A model generated the notes under the pieces. It did no database searches and was not told the DNA's origin. It saw only the letters and a program-made list of their open reading frames with translations. The translations under genes were made by a program, and so were the position numbers. Below, in pieces: positions 10,618 through 21,453 of a DNA stretch of 64,000 bases. The number at the start of each line of letters is the position of its first letter. Position 1 is the stretch's first letter. The stretch is from an uncultured Dictyoglomota bacterium (lineage in GTDB: Bacteria; Dictyoglomota; Dictyoglomia; Dictyoglomales; Dictyoglomaceae), in NCBI GenBank assembly GCA_964654465.1, contig CAZZIO010000040.1, positions 128,001-192,000 of the forward strand. Reading direction: 5' to 3'.

Positions 10618-11992
10618 AACGTTAAAAATAGTACGTGATTATGCCAAAGCTAATCATTTAAAAATCTATATAGTAGGTGGTTTTGTAAGGGATTACCTTA
10701 TTGGAAAAGAATTAAAGGACGTAGACTTTTTAGTTTACCCTTTAAATTATAATTTTTTATTTGATCTAACTAACCTTTTTAACGGTAAACTTATCAAATT
10801 AGATGAGGAGCGAGAGTATTACAGAATAATTATAAATAATAATGATGGAGACATCATTTTAGATTTTACCCCCATATATGAAAACAATTTACTATTAGAA
10901 CTTCTAAGGCGTGATTTTACTATAAATTCTATTGCATTAAATCTTTTCAGCTTTAAAATAATTGATCCTTTAAATGGCTTAAAAGATTTAGAAAGAGGAA
11001 TACTAAGAATATCTTCACCTAACTCCTTTAAGGAAGATCCTTTAAGGATTCTAAGAGCTTTTAGATTTTTAGGATATGGTTTTAAAATAGAAAAAAATAC
11101 TTATGAGAAGATTATAGAAGATAGAGAAAAATTAAAATCAGTGAAAGCAGAAAGGATACACGACGAAATTTACAAAATACTAATTTCGTCATTCTCAAGT
11201 TATCTATGGATTAAAATGGTAGAAACAAAAGTTTTAGAGGTTATTTTACCAGAGCTTTTTGTATTAAAAGATATTCCATGGAGTAATCCCCACCATGAAG
11301 ATCCATTGAGGCATTCTATAACTTCTTTATCTGTTCTTGAAGATTTAATATACAATATAGAATCTATTTTTCCAGACTCATATCAACAAATCTTAGCATA
11401 CTTAAATGAAAAATTCTTTTCAAACTATACAAAGCTTGAAACTCTAAAATTAGCAGTATTACTTCATGATATAGGTAAATCTGAAACTTTTTCTATCGAT
11501 GAAGCCTCTTTAGTTCATTACTATGGACATTCACAAAAAGGAGTTGAACTTTTAGATAATATAGGAGAAAGATTGAAGTTAAGTAAAAAAGAAATAATTT
11601 TTTTAAAAAAACTTATTGGGACTCATATGTACCCTTTAAGCTTCATACAAAATCCAGTATCAGACCCTATTTATAAACTCATTTTAAGAGTAAAAGATGA
11701 TGTGCCTGCTTTGATACTACTCTTTATGGCTGATCAAATATCTATTAAAGGTAAAATAGAAAACTTGAATTGGTATAGGAAAATATTAAATGAATTTTTC
11801 AAAATAAAAAATATTCCTAAACCCTTATTAACAGGTAATGAAATCATGGAAATATTTAATCTAACCCCGTCTCCCCTAATAGGTAAATTAAAAGAAAAGC
11901 TTATAGAAGCACAGATGAATAATAAAATATCTACAAGAGATGAAGCCATAAGATACCTTGAAGAAATATTGAAAAATGAAACCAATAGCTAA
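10592..11992 (+). CDS. Class II tRNA nucleotidyltransferase with HD domain, probably CC-adding type
   Basis: VGGFVRD, DVDF, RRDFTINSIA, EDPLRILRAFRF, ERIHDE, LLHDIGK; very short segment before RRDFTIN. Confidence 0.85.
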   Translation: MEGQELIYKTLKIVRDYAKANHLKIYIVGGFVRDYLIGKELKDVDFLVYPLNYNFLFDLTNLFNGKLIKLDEEREYYRIIINNNDGDIILDFTPIYENNLLLELLRRDFTINSIALNLFSFKIIDPLNGLKDLERGILRISSPNSFKEDPLRILRAFRFLGYGFKIEKNTYEKIIEDREKLKSVKAERIHDEIYKILISSFSSYLWIKMVETKVLEVILPELFVLKDIPWSNPHHEDPLRHSITSLSVLEDLIYNIESIFPDSYQQILAYLNEKFFSNYTKLETLKLAVLLHDIGKSETFSIDEASLVHYYGHSQKGVELLDNIGERLKLSKKEIIFLKKLIGTHMYPLSFIQNPVSDPIYKLILRVKDDVPALILLFMADQISIKGKIENLNWYRKILNEFFKIKNIPKPLLTGNEIMEIFNLTPSPLIGKLKEKLIEAQMNNKISTRDEAIRYLEEILKNETNS

Positions 11993-12674
11993 AAAAATAA
12001 TTGAATTTACTATGAAAGATCTTTTTTATAAATTAAATTTTCCTTTTGAGTGGGGAAGAGAAAGTTTATATCAATTATATTTTTATGAAAAAGGAGAAGA
12101 ACGAATAATAGAAGAAAGTTTCAAAAATTATAAAATCTTTCAGAAATGGATGAATTCACATAACATTATTCTCTCTGATTTTATAGAAAAACTAAAAAGC
12201 ATTAGAGATATAAGGAGTGATTTTTTAAGCTTTAAACGTTCTTCTCTTAAAGATTTAATTAGAGATTTATACAATATTATAGACGATATCAGAATATTTA
12301 TTGGAAAAAATAGCATACCTTTACCTCAAGATATCTATATACCAGATATTAACATATTAGGTCCTGAAAATTTTACATGGGAAGTTCTCTCTTTTTATAT
12401 CAAGTCTATAAGGTTTATTACATTCTCTATCAATTTTTTTAATTATCCCCAAATATCTGAAGAAATAATTCTTTATAACAACAGAAGATATTTTCCCGAA
12501 CATTCTTACAAGTTAATAGATGAAAAAGTATATCTTCAAGACTTAATTCTATCTTGGTCGGGAATACCTTCTCAAAACTATATAAAAGAATTTTATCTTC
12601 CAAAAGATATAAAGTTAGAAGATGGACTTGAATATTTTACAATAAAAAACAAAATATTTATCTTTCATAAATAA
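11976..12674 (+). CDS. Hypothetical protein
   Basis: 232-aa ORF overlapping the previous gene; no motif recognised. Confidence 0.65.
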   Translation: MKPIAKKIIEFTMKDLFYKLNFPFEWGRESLYQLYFYEKGEERIIEESFKNYKIFQKWMNSHNIILSDFIEKLKSIRDIRSDFLSFKRSSLKDLIRDLYNIIDDIRIFIGKNSIPLPQDIYIPDINILGPENFTWEVLSFYIKSIRFITFSINFFNYPQISEEIILYNNRRYFPEHSYKLIDEKVYLQDLILSWSGIPSQNYIKEFYLPKDIKLEDGLEYFTIKNKIFIFHK

Positions 12675-13149
12675 TCAATTCCAATTTCTTTAACCAAAAT
12701 TCCCCACTTGCATCCTTCTCAAGAATTATCTCTATAATATTTGTTTGACCTACTATCCAGTACTTTGTAACATCAAAAGAAGGAGTAATATAATATTCAC
12801 TGCCAAAATCAAAACCTGAAATCACATTTTTTGAGTTTACATATATGGAAATAGGAGCCCATGTTTCTTCAGTCATAAAAGAAGAACTCATACCTGTAAT
12901 CTTTAAAACTACTCTTTTGGGATTAAAAAGAGGAGTTACTGGAGTATATAACTTCAACTGTCCTTCTGCCCTTAACATAGCCAAATGATATTCCCCATTA
13001 CTTCTTTCTAATACTACTCCTTTTCCCATCTCAAAAACTAAATTTCCCTTGGGAGGATTTTTAGAGAAATCAATGGTAAAACTTTGTTTTGCAAGTCCTA
13101 TATTTAGTAAAAATAAAAGCATTATAAAAAGAGACATATATCTTTTCAT
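12658..13149 (-). CDS. Secreted hypothetical protein, possibly a beta-sandwich/carbohydrate-binding-like fold
   Basis: Signal peptide MKRYMSLFIMLLFLLNIGLA, SD AAGGAGG, beta-rich C-terminus (IYVNS...FDVTKYWIVGQTNIIEI). Confidence 0.75.
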   Translation of the reverse strand: MKRYMSLFIMLLFLLNIGLAKQSFTIDFSKNPPKGNLVFEMGKGVVLERSNGEYHLAMLRAEGQLKLYTPVTPLFNPKRVVLKITGMSSSFMTEETWAPISIYVNSKNVISGFDFGSEYYITPSFDVTKYWIVGQTNIIEIILEKDASGEFWLKKLELIIYER

Positions 13150-13163
13150 GCTTAAACCTCCTT

Positions 13164-14060
13164 TTATTCTTCTTTTTTAGCTCTTGGATGAGCCTTTGTG
13201 TAAATATTTCTTATCTGTTCTGAAGTAAGATGAGTATAAATCTGAGTTGTAGAAATTCTTACATGACCCAGAAGCTCTTGTACATACCTAAGATCAGCTC
13301 CTCCTTCTAAAAGGTGTGTGGCAAAGGTATGTCTTAAAATATGAGGAGAAACCTTTTTTTCTAAAAATTTAGTATATCTTTTCAAAATTAACCTTACTCC
13401 ACGATCTGTAATTCTTTCTCCTTTAGCATTTAGAAAAAATGCCTTTTCAGGTTTCTTCAATAGTTTAGACCTTACATGATCATTATAAAGCTGTAATATC
13501 TTTAAAGTATTTTCTTCAATTATCACTACTCTTTCTTTAGCCCTTTTTCCAAAAACTCTTATCTCTCCATAATTCCAATTAATATCTTCCTCATTTATAC
13601 CTACAAGCTCACTTACTCTTATCCCTGTAGCATATAGAGTCTCTAAAATAGCTCTATCTCTTATACCCAAAAGATTATCTAAGGATGGAGCATCGAGAAG
13701 TTTATATACCTCATCAATAGATAAAAACTGAGGCAATCTTTTCTCTATTTTAGGTATAGGAATGAAAACAGTAAGATCTTCTTTAATTTTATCATAGGTA
13801 AGAAGATATTCAAAAAAACTTCTTAAAGAAGTTAATTTTCTTGCAATAGTACTCTTCTTATAGTTTTTTTGAGCAATATTTTGTATGTAAGACCTGATCA
13901 CTCTTTTATTCGTAAAATCCAAATCTCTCTCTTTACAATAATTATAGAAATCCAAAAGATCAATATTATAACCTCTCAAAGTATTTGGAGAATAATTACG
14001 TTCAAATCTCAAATAATTAAGATATCCTTCTATTTCTTTTTTTAAATCCAATTTTGTCAT
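13164..14060 (-). CDS. xerC: Tyrosine recombinase XerC
   Basis: [39 protein letters not shown]; follows topA-trmFO. Confidence 0.9.
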   Translation of the reverse strand: MTKLDLKKEIEGYLNYLRFERNYSPNTLRGYNIDLLDFYNYCKERDLDFTNKRVIRSYIQNIAQKNYKKSTIARKLTSLRSFFEYLLTYDKIKEDLTVFIPIPKIEKRLPQFLSIDEVYKLLDAPSLDNLLGIRDRAILETLYATGIRVSELVGINEEDINWNYGEIRVFGKRAKERVVIIEENTLKILQLYNDHVRSKLLKKPEKAFFLNAKGERITDRGVRLILKRYTKFLEKKVSPHILRHTFATHLLEGGADLRYVQELLGHVRISTTQIYTHLTSEQIRNIYTKAHPRAKKEE

Positions 14061-14062
14061 TT

Positions 14063-15382
14063 CTATATATTGATCGCAAACCTCCTTATCATATCCTCAA
14101 GATCCCTTAATGCTCTCTCGGCATATAATCTATTTCTCATCTTCCTATCTTTAACAGGCATATCTAAGGGAGTCAAAATTCCAAAATTAGCATTCATAGG
14201 CTGAAAATTCTTTACAGGTACTTTAGTAGTCACATAACCAATAAGAGCCCCTATCATTGTAGTATGAGGTAATATTATAAGTGGTTTTCCTTTATATAAA
14301 CGAGCTGCATTTATTCCAGCTATTATTCCCATACTCGCAGATTCCATATATCCTTCTACACCAATAACCTGACCAGCAAAAAATATTCTCTCGTCTTTAG
14401 CAAATTGTAAGGTTGGTTTTAAAAATTTAGGGGCATAGAAATAGGTATTTCTATGCATTACCCCATATCTTGCAAATTCAGCATTTTCAAGTCCAGGAAT
14501 TAATCTAAAAACCCTCCTTTGCTCTTGAAATTTAAGTCTTGTCTGAAAACCCACCATGCTATAAAGGGTTTTTTGTATATTTTCTGGTCTCAATTGAACC
14601 ACAGCATAAGGCTCTTTGCCTGTTTTTGGATCTGGAAGACCAACAGGTTTCATAGGACCATAACGTAATGTATCTATACCTCTTCTTGCCAAAATTTCTA
14701 TAGGAAGACATCCCTCAAAATATTTTTCTTCACCAGGGAAATGTGATTCCACTACATCGGCATTTATCAATTCATTCACAAACCTTTTATATTCTTCCTC
14801 ATTCATAGGACAGTTTAAATATGCCTCTTCCCCTTTACCATATCTTGAAGCACTATAAACCTTCTCAAAATTTATACTATCAGCATAAATAATAGGTGAT
14901 ACTGCATCATAAAAATACAGAGAATCCGTATCTAATATTTCAGTTAAATATTGAGCAAAATCAGAAGAAGTTAGAGGTCCCGTAGCCACAATAACAACTC
15001 CATCAGAAGGAATTTTTTTGACTTCCTCTCTTATTATAGTTACATAAGGATTTTCCATTAATATCTGTTGCACCTTTTTAGCAAAGAGTTCTCGATCAAC
15101 GGCCAAAGCAACACCGGCTGGAACCTTCGTTTCTTCAGCAACTTTAAGAACTAAGGAATCAAGCCTCCTCATTTCCTCTTTTAAAAGTCCTGAGGCATTT
15201 GTAATCTCTGTAGATTTAAAGGAATTACTACAGACAAGTTCAGCTAAATATTCCGTTTTATGAACAGGAGTCATAACTTGTGGTCTCATTTCGTATATCT
15301 CTACAGGAATTTTTCTTTTAGCAAGTTGCCAAGCAGCCTCAGCTCCTGCAAGTCCTCCACCTATGATTTTGACTTTTTCCAT
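14063..15382 (-). CDS. trmFO: FAD-dependent tRNA m5U54 methyltransferase TrmFO
   Basis: [41 protein letters not shown]. Confidence 0.97.
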   Translation of the reverse strand: MEKVKIIGGGLAGAEAAWQLAKRKIPVEIYEMRPQVMTPVHKTEYLAELVCSNSFKSTEITNASGLLKEEMRRLDSLVLKVAEETKVPAGVALAVDRELFAKKVQQILMENPYVTIIREEVKKIPSDGVVIVATGPLTSSDFAQYLTEILDTDSLYFYDAVSPIIYADSINFEKVYSASRYGKGEEAYLNCPMNEEEYKRFVNELINADVVESHFPGEEKYFEGCLPIEILARRGIDTLRYGPMKPVGLPDPKTGKEPYAVVQLRPENIQKTLYSMVGFQTRLKFQEQRRVFRLIPGLENAEFARYGVMHRNTYFYAPKFLKPTLQFAKDERIFFAGQVIGVEGYMESASMGIIAGINAARLYKGKPLIILPHTTMIGALIGYVTTKVPVKNFQPMNANFGILTPLDMPVKDRKMRNRLYAERALRDLEDMIRRFAINI

Positions 15383-17451
15383 TTTCTATTCCTCCCTTTC
15401 TTCCATAATATGTAGTTACAATCATTATTACTACATTTTTTAAATCTGTTGCTCTCTAAAAGAGTACTACCACATATTGGACACTTTTCGTGAGTAGGCT
15501 CATAGGGCGATGCAAAAGTACATTTAGGATAATTTAAGCATCCCCAAAAAGTCTTTCCTTTTTTAGATCTTTTTTTAACAACAGTACCTCCACAGAGAGG
15601 ACATTTGCCTTTTGCTTCATCATATATTGGTTTCGTATACTTGCAGTCTGGATATCGTGAACAAGCATAATATTTACCATTTTTATTTTCTCTAAGTTGC
15701 AAATCACTTTCACAAATGGGACATTTTTCATCAGTTTTTTCAGCAATTTGTACCCTATCTGAATTTTTATAAACTTCCTCTAACTCTTCTTTAAATTTTG
15801 GATAAAACCTCTTCAAAACATCTATGGCTTCGACTTTTCCTGTCTCAATTTTATCTAGATCTTCTTCCATCTTTGCTGTAAATTTCACATCAATTAGATT
15901 AGGGAATTTCTCGACTAAAAACTCATTAACAACTTTTCCTAAGGTAGTAGGTACTAAAAATCTGTCCTTAACAACCACATATTCTCTTTCTTTTAACGTT
16001 TCTATGATAGTAGCATAGGTGCTTGGCCTTCCTACTCCAAATCTTTCTAAGGTTCTCACCAAAGTAGCCTCAGAATATCGAGATGGAGGTTTTGTAAAAT
16101 GCTGTTCCGGATATAGATTAAGAAGATTTAAAAGATTACCTTTTTCTGGAATATATTCTACTTGTTTATCAGTTTCAGATTCTTCCTCCTCTTCATGATA
16201 AACTGACATAAAACCAGGAAATTTAAGTTTCCTTCCTTTTGACAAAAATAGATACTTATTTCCTTCCACATATATTTCTACCACATCATAGATAGCTGGA
16301 GCCATTTGACTTGCGATAAATCTTTCCCATATAAGTTTATAAAGCTTAAATTGATCTTCTGAAAGATAAGGCCTCACCATTTCTGGTAATCTAAAGACTG
16401 AAGTTGGCCTTATAGCCTCATGAGCATCTTGAACACCAAGTTTCTTCTTCGTCTTTTTCTCCCCTCCGATAAATTCTTTTCCAAAATTCTCTTCTATATA
16501 TTTAATAGCCTCCATTCTTGCTTCAGGAGCTATTCTGGTAGAATCGGTTCGCATATAAGTTATAAGTCCTATTCTCTCTTCTCCAATATCTATACCCTCA
16601 TAAAGAGTTTGAGCAATTTTCATAGTCTTTCCAACAGGAAAGGCATATCTTCTTGAGGCCTCTTGTTGTAAAGTACTTGTTATAAAAGGTTGAGGCGAGG
16701 ACTTTTTCTCTTCCTTTTTAATTACATCTTTTACTATATAATTTATTCCTTTTAACTCTTCTAATATCTTATTCACTTCTTCTTCATTTTTTAAATTGAC
16801 TTCTTTACCTTCATATGATATGAGTCTTCCATATATTTTCTTATTTGTTTTATCTGAAAACTCTCCCCATATATACCAATATTCTTGGGGTATAAATTGC
16901 TCAATCTCCTTTTCTCTTTCACAAATAAGCCTCAGAGCTACTGATTGTACTCTCCCGGCAGAAAGTCCTCTTTTAACCTTTTTCCATAAAAGAGGACTAA
17001 GTTCATACCCAACTAATCTATCCAAAATTCTTCTTGCTTGTTGGGCTTCTACTTTACTGATATCAAGATCCCTTGGATTATTTATTGCTTCTTGTACTAC
17101 CCTTGGAGTTATCTCATGAAATTCTACTCTTGAGAATTTATCTTTTGGAATATTTAATACATTAACAAGGTGCCATGCAATAGCTTCTCCTTCTCTATCA
17201 GGGTCTGTAGCTAAGTAAAAATGATCTGCTTCTTTTAATAGTTCCTTTAGATTCTTAACAACTTCTTTTCTTGAAGGGATGATTACATATTTAGGCTTAA
17301 AATTATCCTTTATGTCTACCCCAAGTTCCTTCTCGGGTAGATCTCTTACATGACCATAAGAAGCAACTACTTTGAATTCTTTACCAAGTATTTTTTCAAT
17401 TGTTTTTGCTTTAGCTGGAGATTCAACTATTACAATCTTTTTATTTTTCAC
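15361..17451 (-). CDS. topA: DNA topoisomerase I
   Basis: IVESPAKAKTI, DPDREGEAI, SAGRVQS, ITYMRTDS, C-terminal Zn ribbons; GTG start. Confidence 0.98.
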   Translation of the reverse strand: MKNKKIVIVESPAKAKTIEKILGKEFKVVASYGHVRDLPEKELGVDIKDNFKPKYVIIPSRKEVVKNLKELLKEADHFYLATDPDREGEAIAWHLVNVLNIPKDKFSRVEFHEITPRVVQEAINNPRDLDISKVEAQQARRILDRLVGYELSPLLWKKVKRGLSAGRVQSVALRLICEREKEIEQFIPQEYWYIWGEFSDKTNKKIYGRLISYEGKEVNLKNEEEVNKILEELKGINYIVKDVIKKEEKKSSPQPFITSTLQQEASRRYAFPVGKTMKIAQTLYEGIDIGEERIGLITYMRTDSTRIAPEARMEAIKYIEENFGKEFIGGEKKTKKKLGVQDAHEAIRPTSVFRLPEMVRPYLSEDQFKLYKLIWERFIASQMAPAIYDVVEIYVEGNKYLFLSKGRKLKFPGFMSVYHEEEEESETDKQVEYIPEKGNLLNLLNLYPEQHFTKPPSRYSEATLVRTLERFGVGRPSTYATIIETLKEREYVVVKDRFLVPTTLGKVVNEFLVEKFPNLIDVKFTAKMEEDLDKIETGKVEAIDVLKRFYPKFKEELEEVYKNSDRVQIAEKTDEKCPICESDLQLRENKNGKYYACSRYPDCKYTKPIYDEAKGKCPLCGGTVVKKRSKKGKTFWGCLNYPKCTFASPYEPTHEKCPICGSTLLESNRFKKCSNNDCNYILWKKGRNRKWKKSKS

Positions 17452-18536
17452 TATAAATTATCACTCCTTCTCCCATATCTATTCCCTGGAAATTCTTCTA
17501 CAAGGCCTTTGGCTTGTAAAGAAACTATTATAAACATTAATCTTGATATATCCATGTTTAATTTGATCATTAAATCCTCAATAAATATAGGATTAAAATT
17601 TAAAAATTGCAATACCTTTTTTTCATCTTCTGTTAAAATAACATCTCTTTTAGGTTTATAAATAAAAGGTATGTGAAATTCTTCTAATATATCTATTATA
17701 TCTAACACCATTTTTGCTCCTTCTTGAATTAACTTATTTGTTCCTTTACTTCTTTCATCTATTATTCTCCCTGGAACAGCAAAAACCTCTCTCCCTTCAT
17801 TCAATGCAAAACTTGCTGTTATTAGAGCCCCACTTTTCTCTCCTGCTTCAATTACAAATACTCCCTCAGATATTCCGCTAATAATCCTATTTCTTTGTGG
17901 AAAGGTATATCTTGTAGGTCTTGTACCTAAAGGATACTCACTTATTAAGGCTCCATTTTCTACTATTCTTTCTGCTAAAATTCTATTTCCAGAAGGATAT
18001 ATAAAATCTAAAGAACTACCAAGAATCCCATATGTTCTTCCTCCACCCTCTAAAGCTCCTTTATGAGCATATGTATCTATCCCATAAGCAAGACCACTTA
18101 CTATTATAAATCCATATTTTACTAATTCTCTTGAGAAATACTCAGAGATTTTAATTCCATATTGGGTGGGTCTTCTTGTTCCTACAATAGCTATATATCT
18201 TTTACCAATAATATTTCCTCTATATGTGAGAAATAACGGAGGATTTTTTATCTCTTTGAGTAAAGGTGGATATTCTTCGTCCCATAAAGTTGTAAGTTTA
18301 TAGTCTTTTTTAACAAGTTTTTCCCACAAGTCTTCCCAAGAAATCTTTCTTTTAAAAATTATAAATTCTTGGATCAAGGAAGAATACGAGAATCTTTCAA
18401 GAATTTCCTTATCTGACAAAAGGAAAAGTTCTGGTGGCGAAATAAAATCTATCCATTCCCTCCATCTTCTATATAAAGGAGGAAAATAACTTAAAGAATA
18501 TATAAATGGTTTATCCTTGGGATTATAATTATACAT
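17451..18536 (-). CDS. dprA: DNA-processing protein DprA
   Basis: AIVGTR, IVSGLAYGID, FPQRNRIISG, SGALITA, GTNKLIQEGA, C-terminal winged helix. Confidence 0.95.
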   Translation of the reverse strand: MYNYNPKDKPFIYSLSYFPPLYRRWREWIDFISPPELFLLSDKEILERFSYSSLIQEFIIFKRKISWEDLWEKLVKKDYKLTTLWDEEYPPLLKEIKNPPLFLTYRGNIIGKRYIAIVGTRRPTQYGIKISEYFSRELVKYGFIIVSGLAYGIDTYAHKGALEGGGRTYGILGSSLDFIYPSGNRILAERIVENGALISEYPLGTRPTRYTFPQRNRIISGISEGVFVIEAGEKSGALITASFALNEGREVFAVPGRIIDERSKGTNKLIQEGAKMVLDIIDILEEFHIPFIYKPKRDVILTEDEKKVLQFLNFNPIFIEDLMIKLNMDISRLMFIIVSLQAKGLVEEFPGNRYGRRSDNL

Positions 18537-18544
18537 TAATTATC

Positions 18545-18582
18545 AAAATATTAGGGGGACTAAATAATCCCCCCTAATATTT
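18545..18582 (-). terminator. Intrinsic terminator after the NCS2 permease gene
   Basis: Minus strand AAATATTAGGGGG...CCCCCTAATATTTT inverted repeat. Confidence 0.7.
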
Positions 18583-18585
18583 CTT

Positions 18586-19908
18586 TTAAAGAATAAAGTA
18601 AAGAATAAATAATACAGCCAATATTATTAACACTGGATTTAATTTTTTAATTTTCCCTGTAAGAAGGTTTAATATTACATAAGAAAGAATACCAAATATT
18701 AACCCATTCGCTACCGAATAGGTAAAAGGCATAGCCACTATAGTAATAAAAGCAGGAAGAGCTTCCCCTATTTCCTTTAAATTGACTTTTAATATAGGTT
18801 CCATCATAAGGAAACCGACAATAACTAAGGCAGGAGCAGTAGCGGAAGATGGTATAATCCCAGCAAGAGGCCAAAAAATTACAGATAAGAGGAAAAGCAA
18901 TCCTACTACTAATGAGACAGCTCCTGTTTTACCTCCTTCTGCTATTCCTGCTGCAGATTCAATATATGTAGTTATAGTTGAGGTTCCACACAATGCTCCA
19001 GCTACAGTTCCTACCGCATCAGAAACTAAAGCTCTATCAGAACCCTCAAAACTTCCATCCTCCCTAAGCATATTAAGCTTAGCTGCAAGTCCCGAAATAG
19101 TACCTACAGTATCAAACATATCTACAAAAGTAAATGTAAAGATTATAGAAAATAATCCCCATTTTAGAGCCCCTAAAATATCTAATGCTAAAAAGGTTTT
19201 AGAAAACTCTTCCCAATTAGGAAGGGCTATTATATTTCCTGTAAAATAGGTGATAGGTTGACCATTGGAACCTTTTACAAAAATGCCTATAAATGTAGTA
19301 ATTAATATCCCTAATAATATATTTCCTTTAACGTTCAATGCCATAAGTAAAGCAATAATAATAATCCCAAAAATAGAAAGCAAGGTTTCTGGAGATCCTA
19401 AATTGCCTAAGGATATTAAAGTAGCATCATTCTTTACTACAATCCCTGCAGATTTTAATCCTATAAGAGCTATAAAAAGTCCTATACCTACTGAGGTTGC
19501 CATCTTAATATTAAGTGGTATAGCTTGTACAATCCATCTTCTTACTGGAAGAATCGATAAAATTAAAAAAATGATCCCATCTATAAATACTGCTCCTAAT
19601 GCAACTTGCCAAGGAAGACCTATTCCTTTACATACAGAATAAGCAAAATATGCATTAAGTCCCATACCAGGAGCCAAAGCAAAAGGAAGTTTTGCATACA
19701 ATCCCATAGTCAAAGTAGCAATTCCAGCCCCAATAGCGGTTGCCATCAAAACAGCACCTTTTGGCATTCCTGCATCTCCTAATATGTTGGGGTTTACAAA
19801 CAAAATATAAGCCATGGTAATAAAAGTAGTAAGCCCTGCAATGATCTCGTTAGACCAATTAGTCTTAAATTTCTCAAAGCCAAAATATCTCTCCAAAGCT
19901 TTAATCAA
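18586..19908 (-). CDS. NCS2/AzgA-family purine permease
   Basis: EIIAGLTTFITMAYILFVNP, ALAPGMGLNAYF, YIESAAGIAEGGKTG, MPFTYSVANG; many TM helices. Confidence 0.93.
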   Translation of the reverse strand: MIKALERYFGFEKFKTNWSNEIIAGLTTFITMAYILFVNPNILGDAGMPKGAVLMATAIGAGIATLTMGLYAKLPFALAPGMGLNAYFAYSVCKGIGLPWQVALGAVFIDGIIFLILSILPVRRWIVQAIPLNIKMATSVGIGLFIALIGLKSAGIVVKNDATLISLGNLGSPETLLSIFGIIIIALLMALNVKGNILLGILITTFIGIFVKGSNGQPITYFTGNIIALPNWEEFSKTFLALDILGALKWGLFSIIFTFTFVDMFDTVGTISGLAAKLNMLREDGSFEGSDRALVSDAVGTVAGALCGTSTITTYIESAAGIAEGGKTGAVSLVVGLLFLLSVIFWPLAGIIPSSATAPALVIVGFLMMEPILKVNLKEIGEALPAFITIVAMPFTYSVANGLIFGILSYVILNLLTGKIKKLNPVLIILAVLFILYFIL

Positions 19909-19932
19909 TACAAAAACCCCCTTTCATTAATT

Positions 19933-21453
19933 TTAAAGATTGGAAACAAAATCCTCTAAACCTCGAAAGGTTAGAGCCTCAATCAAATGACTTTCTTTAA
20001 TCTCTTCACTACTTTCTAAATCTGCTATAGTTCTTGAAACCTTTATAATTCTATCAATAGATCTCATAGATAATTTCATTCTTTCAGCTGTATTTAATAA
20101 TAAATCCCTAATTCTTGGATTTAGGCTAACATATTTTTTGATAAGTTTTGGAGTTAATTGGGAATTTAAATATATTTTCTCGGATTTATATCTTTCATAT
20201 TGAATCTCTCTTGCTTTTTTTACTCTTTCTCTAATCCTTTCTGATGATTCCTCAAGATTATCATTAAAGATCTTTTCTTTCTCTACTCTATTCACATAAA
20301 CCCTTATATCAATTCTGTCTAAAAGTGGACCTGATACCTTACTCCAATATTTTTTTACATCATAAGGAGTACAAGTACATTCTTTCTCTTTATCACCAAA
20401 ATATCCACATTTACAAGGATTCATACCAGCCACTAAAACAAATTGAGCTGGATATGTAACAGTATACTTAGATCTTGAAATTACAATCTTCCCCTCTTCT
20501 AATGGCTGTCTTAATCCCTCCAAAACATCTCTTCTAAATTCTGGTAGTTCATCTAAAAATAAGATTCCTTTATGGGCAAGAGTAATTTCCCCGATTTGAG
20601 GAGAGACCCCTCCCCCTAAAAGTCCAGCATAAGATATAGTATGATGAGGATTCCTAAAAGGCCGTTTTTGTATTAAAGAATCTTCTACTAATAAACCTGC
20701 AGCACTATATATTTGAGTAACTTCAAAAGCCTCTTCATAAGTCAATGGGGGAAAAATGGAAGAAAAGGCCTTTGCCAAAAGAGTCTTACCTGTACCCGGT
20801 GGACCTACTAAAAGAACATTATGTCCACCAGATGCCGCTACTTCTAATGCTCTTTTAGGTAAATAATGCCCTTTTATAAAAGAGAAATCTTCTTCATAAA
20901 CTGGATTATATTCAGGATATTGAAATTTAACAGGAGATAAATTTATTTCCCCTAAAAGAAATCTCACAATTTGGGAAAGATGAGAAACATGATAAATTTC
21001 AATCCCATCTATTAAACTACATTCAAATTCATTTTCCTTTGGTACAAATACTTTATTGTATCCATTATTTTTCAAACCATATACAATAGATAAAATCCCT
21101 TTTCCTTTTCTTATCCTTCCATCAAAAGCAAGTTCACCTAAGAAAGCAGTCTTTTCATTATCAAAGTGAAAATTCATAAATGTGGAAAGGATTCCTATAG
21201 CAATTGGTAAATCAAATAAGGGTGTATCTTTTTTTAAATCCGCAGGGGCTAAATTTATAGTCACTCTTTTTAAAGGAAATTCAAAACCAGAATTTTTTAA
21301 TGCAGATCTTACCCTCTCCTTAGATTCTTGCACTTCTTGTTCAGCCAATCCTACTATGTTAAAGCTTGGAACTCCAGAAGTAATATCTACCTCAATTTCA
21401 ATATCATAACATTTCAATCCCCATAAAGTAGCAGATTTAACCTTAGAAAGCAT
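19933..21453 (-). CDS. comM: ComM/YifB Mg-chelatase-like AAA+ helicase
   Basis: VQESKERVRSA, INLAPADLKK, GPPGTGKT, LFLDELPEF, MNPCKCG, SGPLLDRID. Confidence 0.93.
   Translation of the reverse strand: MLSKVKSATLWGLKCYDIEIEVDITSGVPSFNIVGLAEQEVQESKERVRSALKNSGFEFPLKRVTINLAPADLKKDTPLFDLPIAIGILSTFMNFHFDNEKTAFLGELAFDGRIRKGKGILSIVYGLKNNGYNKVFVPKENEFECSLIDGIEIYHVSHLSQIVRFLLGEINLSPVKFQYPEYNPVYEEDFSFIKGHYLPKRALEVAASGGHNVLLVGPPGTGKTLLAKAFSSIFPPLTYEEAFEVTQIYSAAGLLVEDSLIQKRPFRNPHHTISYAGLLGGGVSPQIGEITLAHKGILFLDELPEFRRDVLEGLRQPLEEGKIVISRSKYTVTYPAQFVLVAGMNPCKCGYFGDKEKECTCTPYDVKKYWSKVSGPLLDRIDIRVYVNRVEKEKIFNDNLEESSERIRERVKKAREIQYERYKSEKIYLNSQLTPKLIKKYVSLNPRIRDLLLNTAERMKLSMRSIDRIIKVSRTIADLESSEEIKESHLIEALTFRGLEDFVSNL

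Noticed and set aside
13164..14060. Tyrosine recombinase as the integrase of a mobile element
   Set aside because: Standard dprA-topA-trmFO-xerC context; no att repeats, tRNA or cargo genes.
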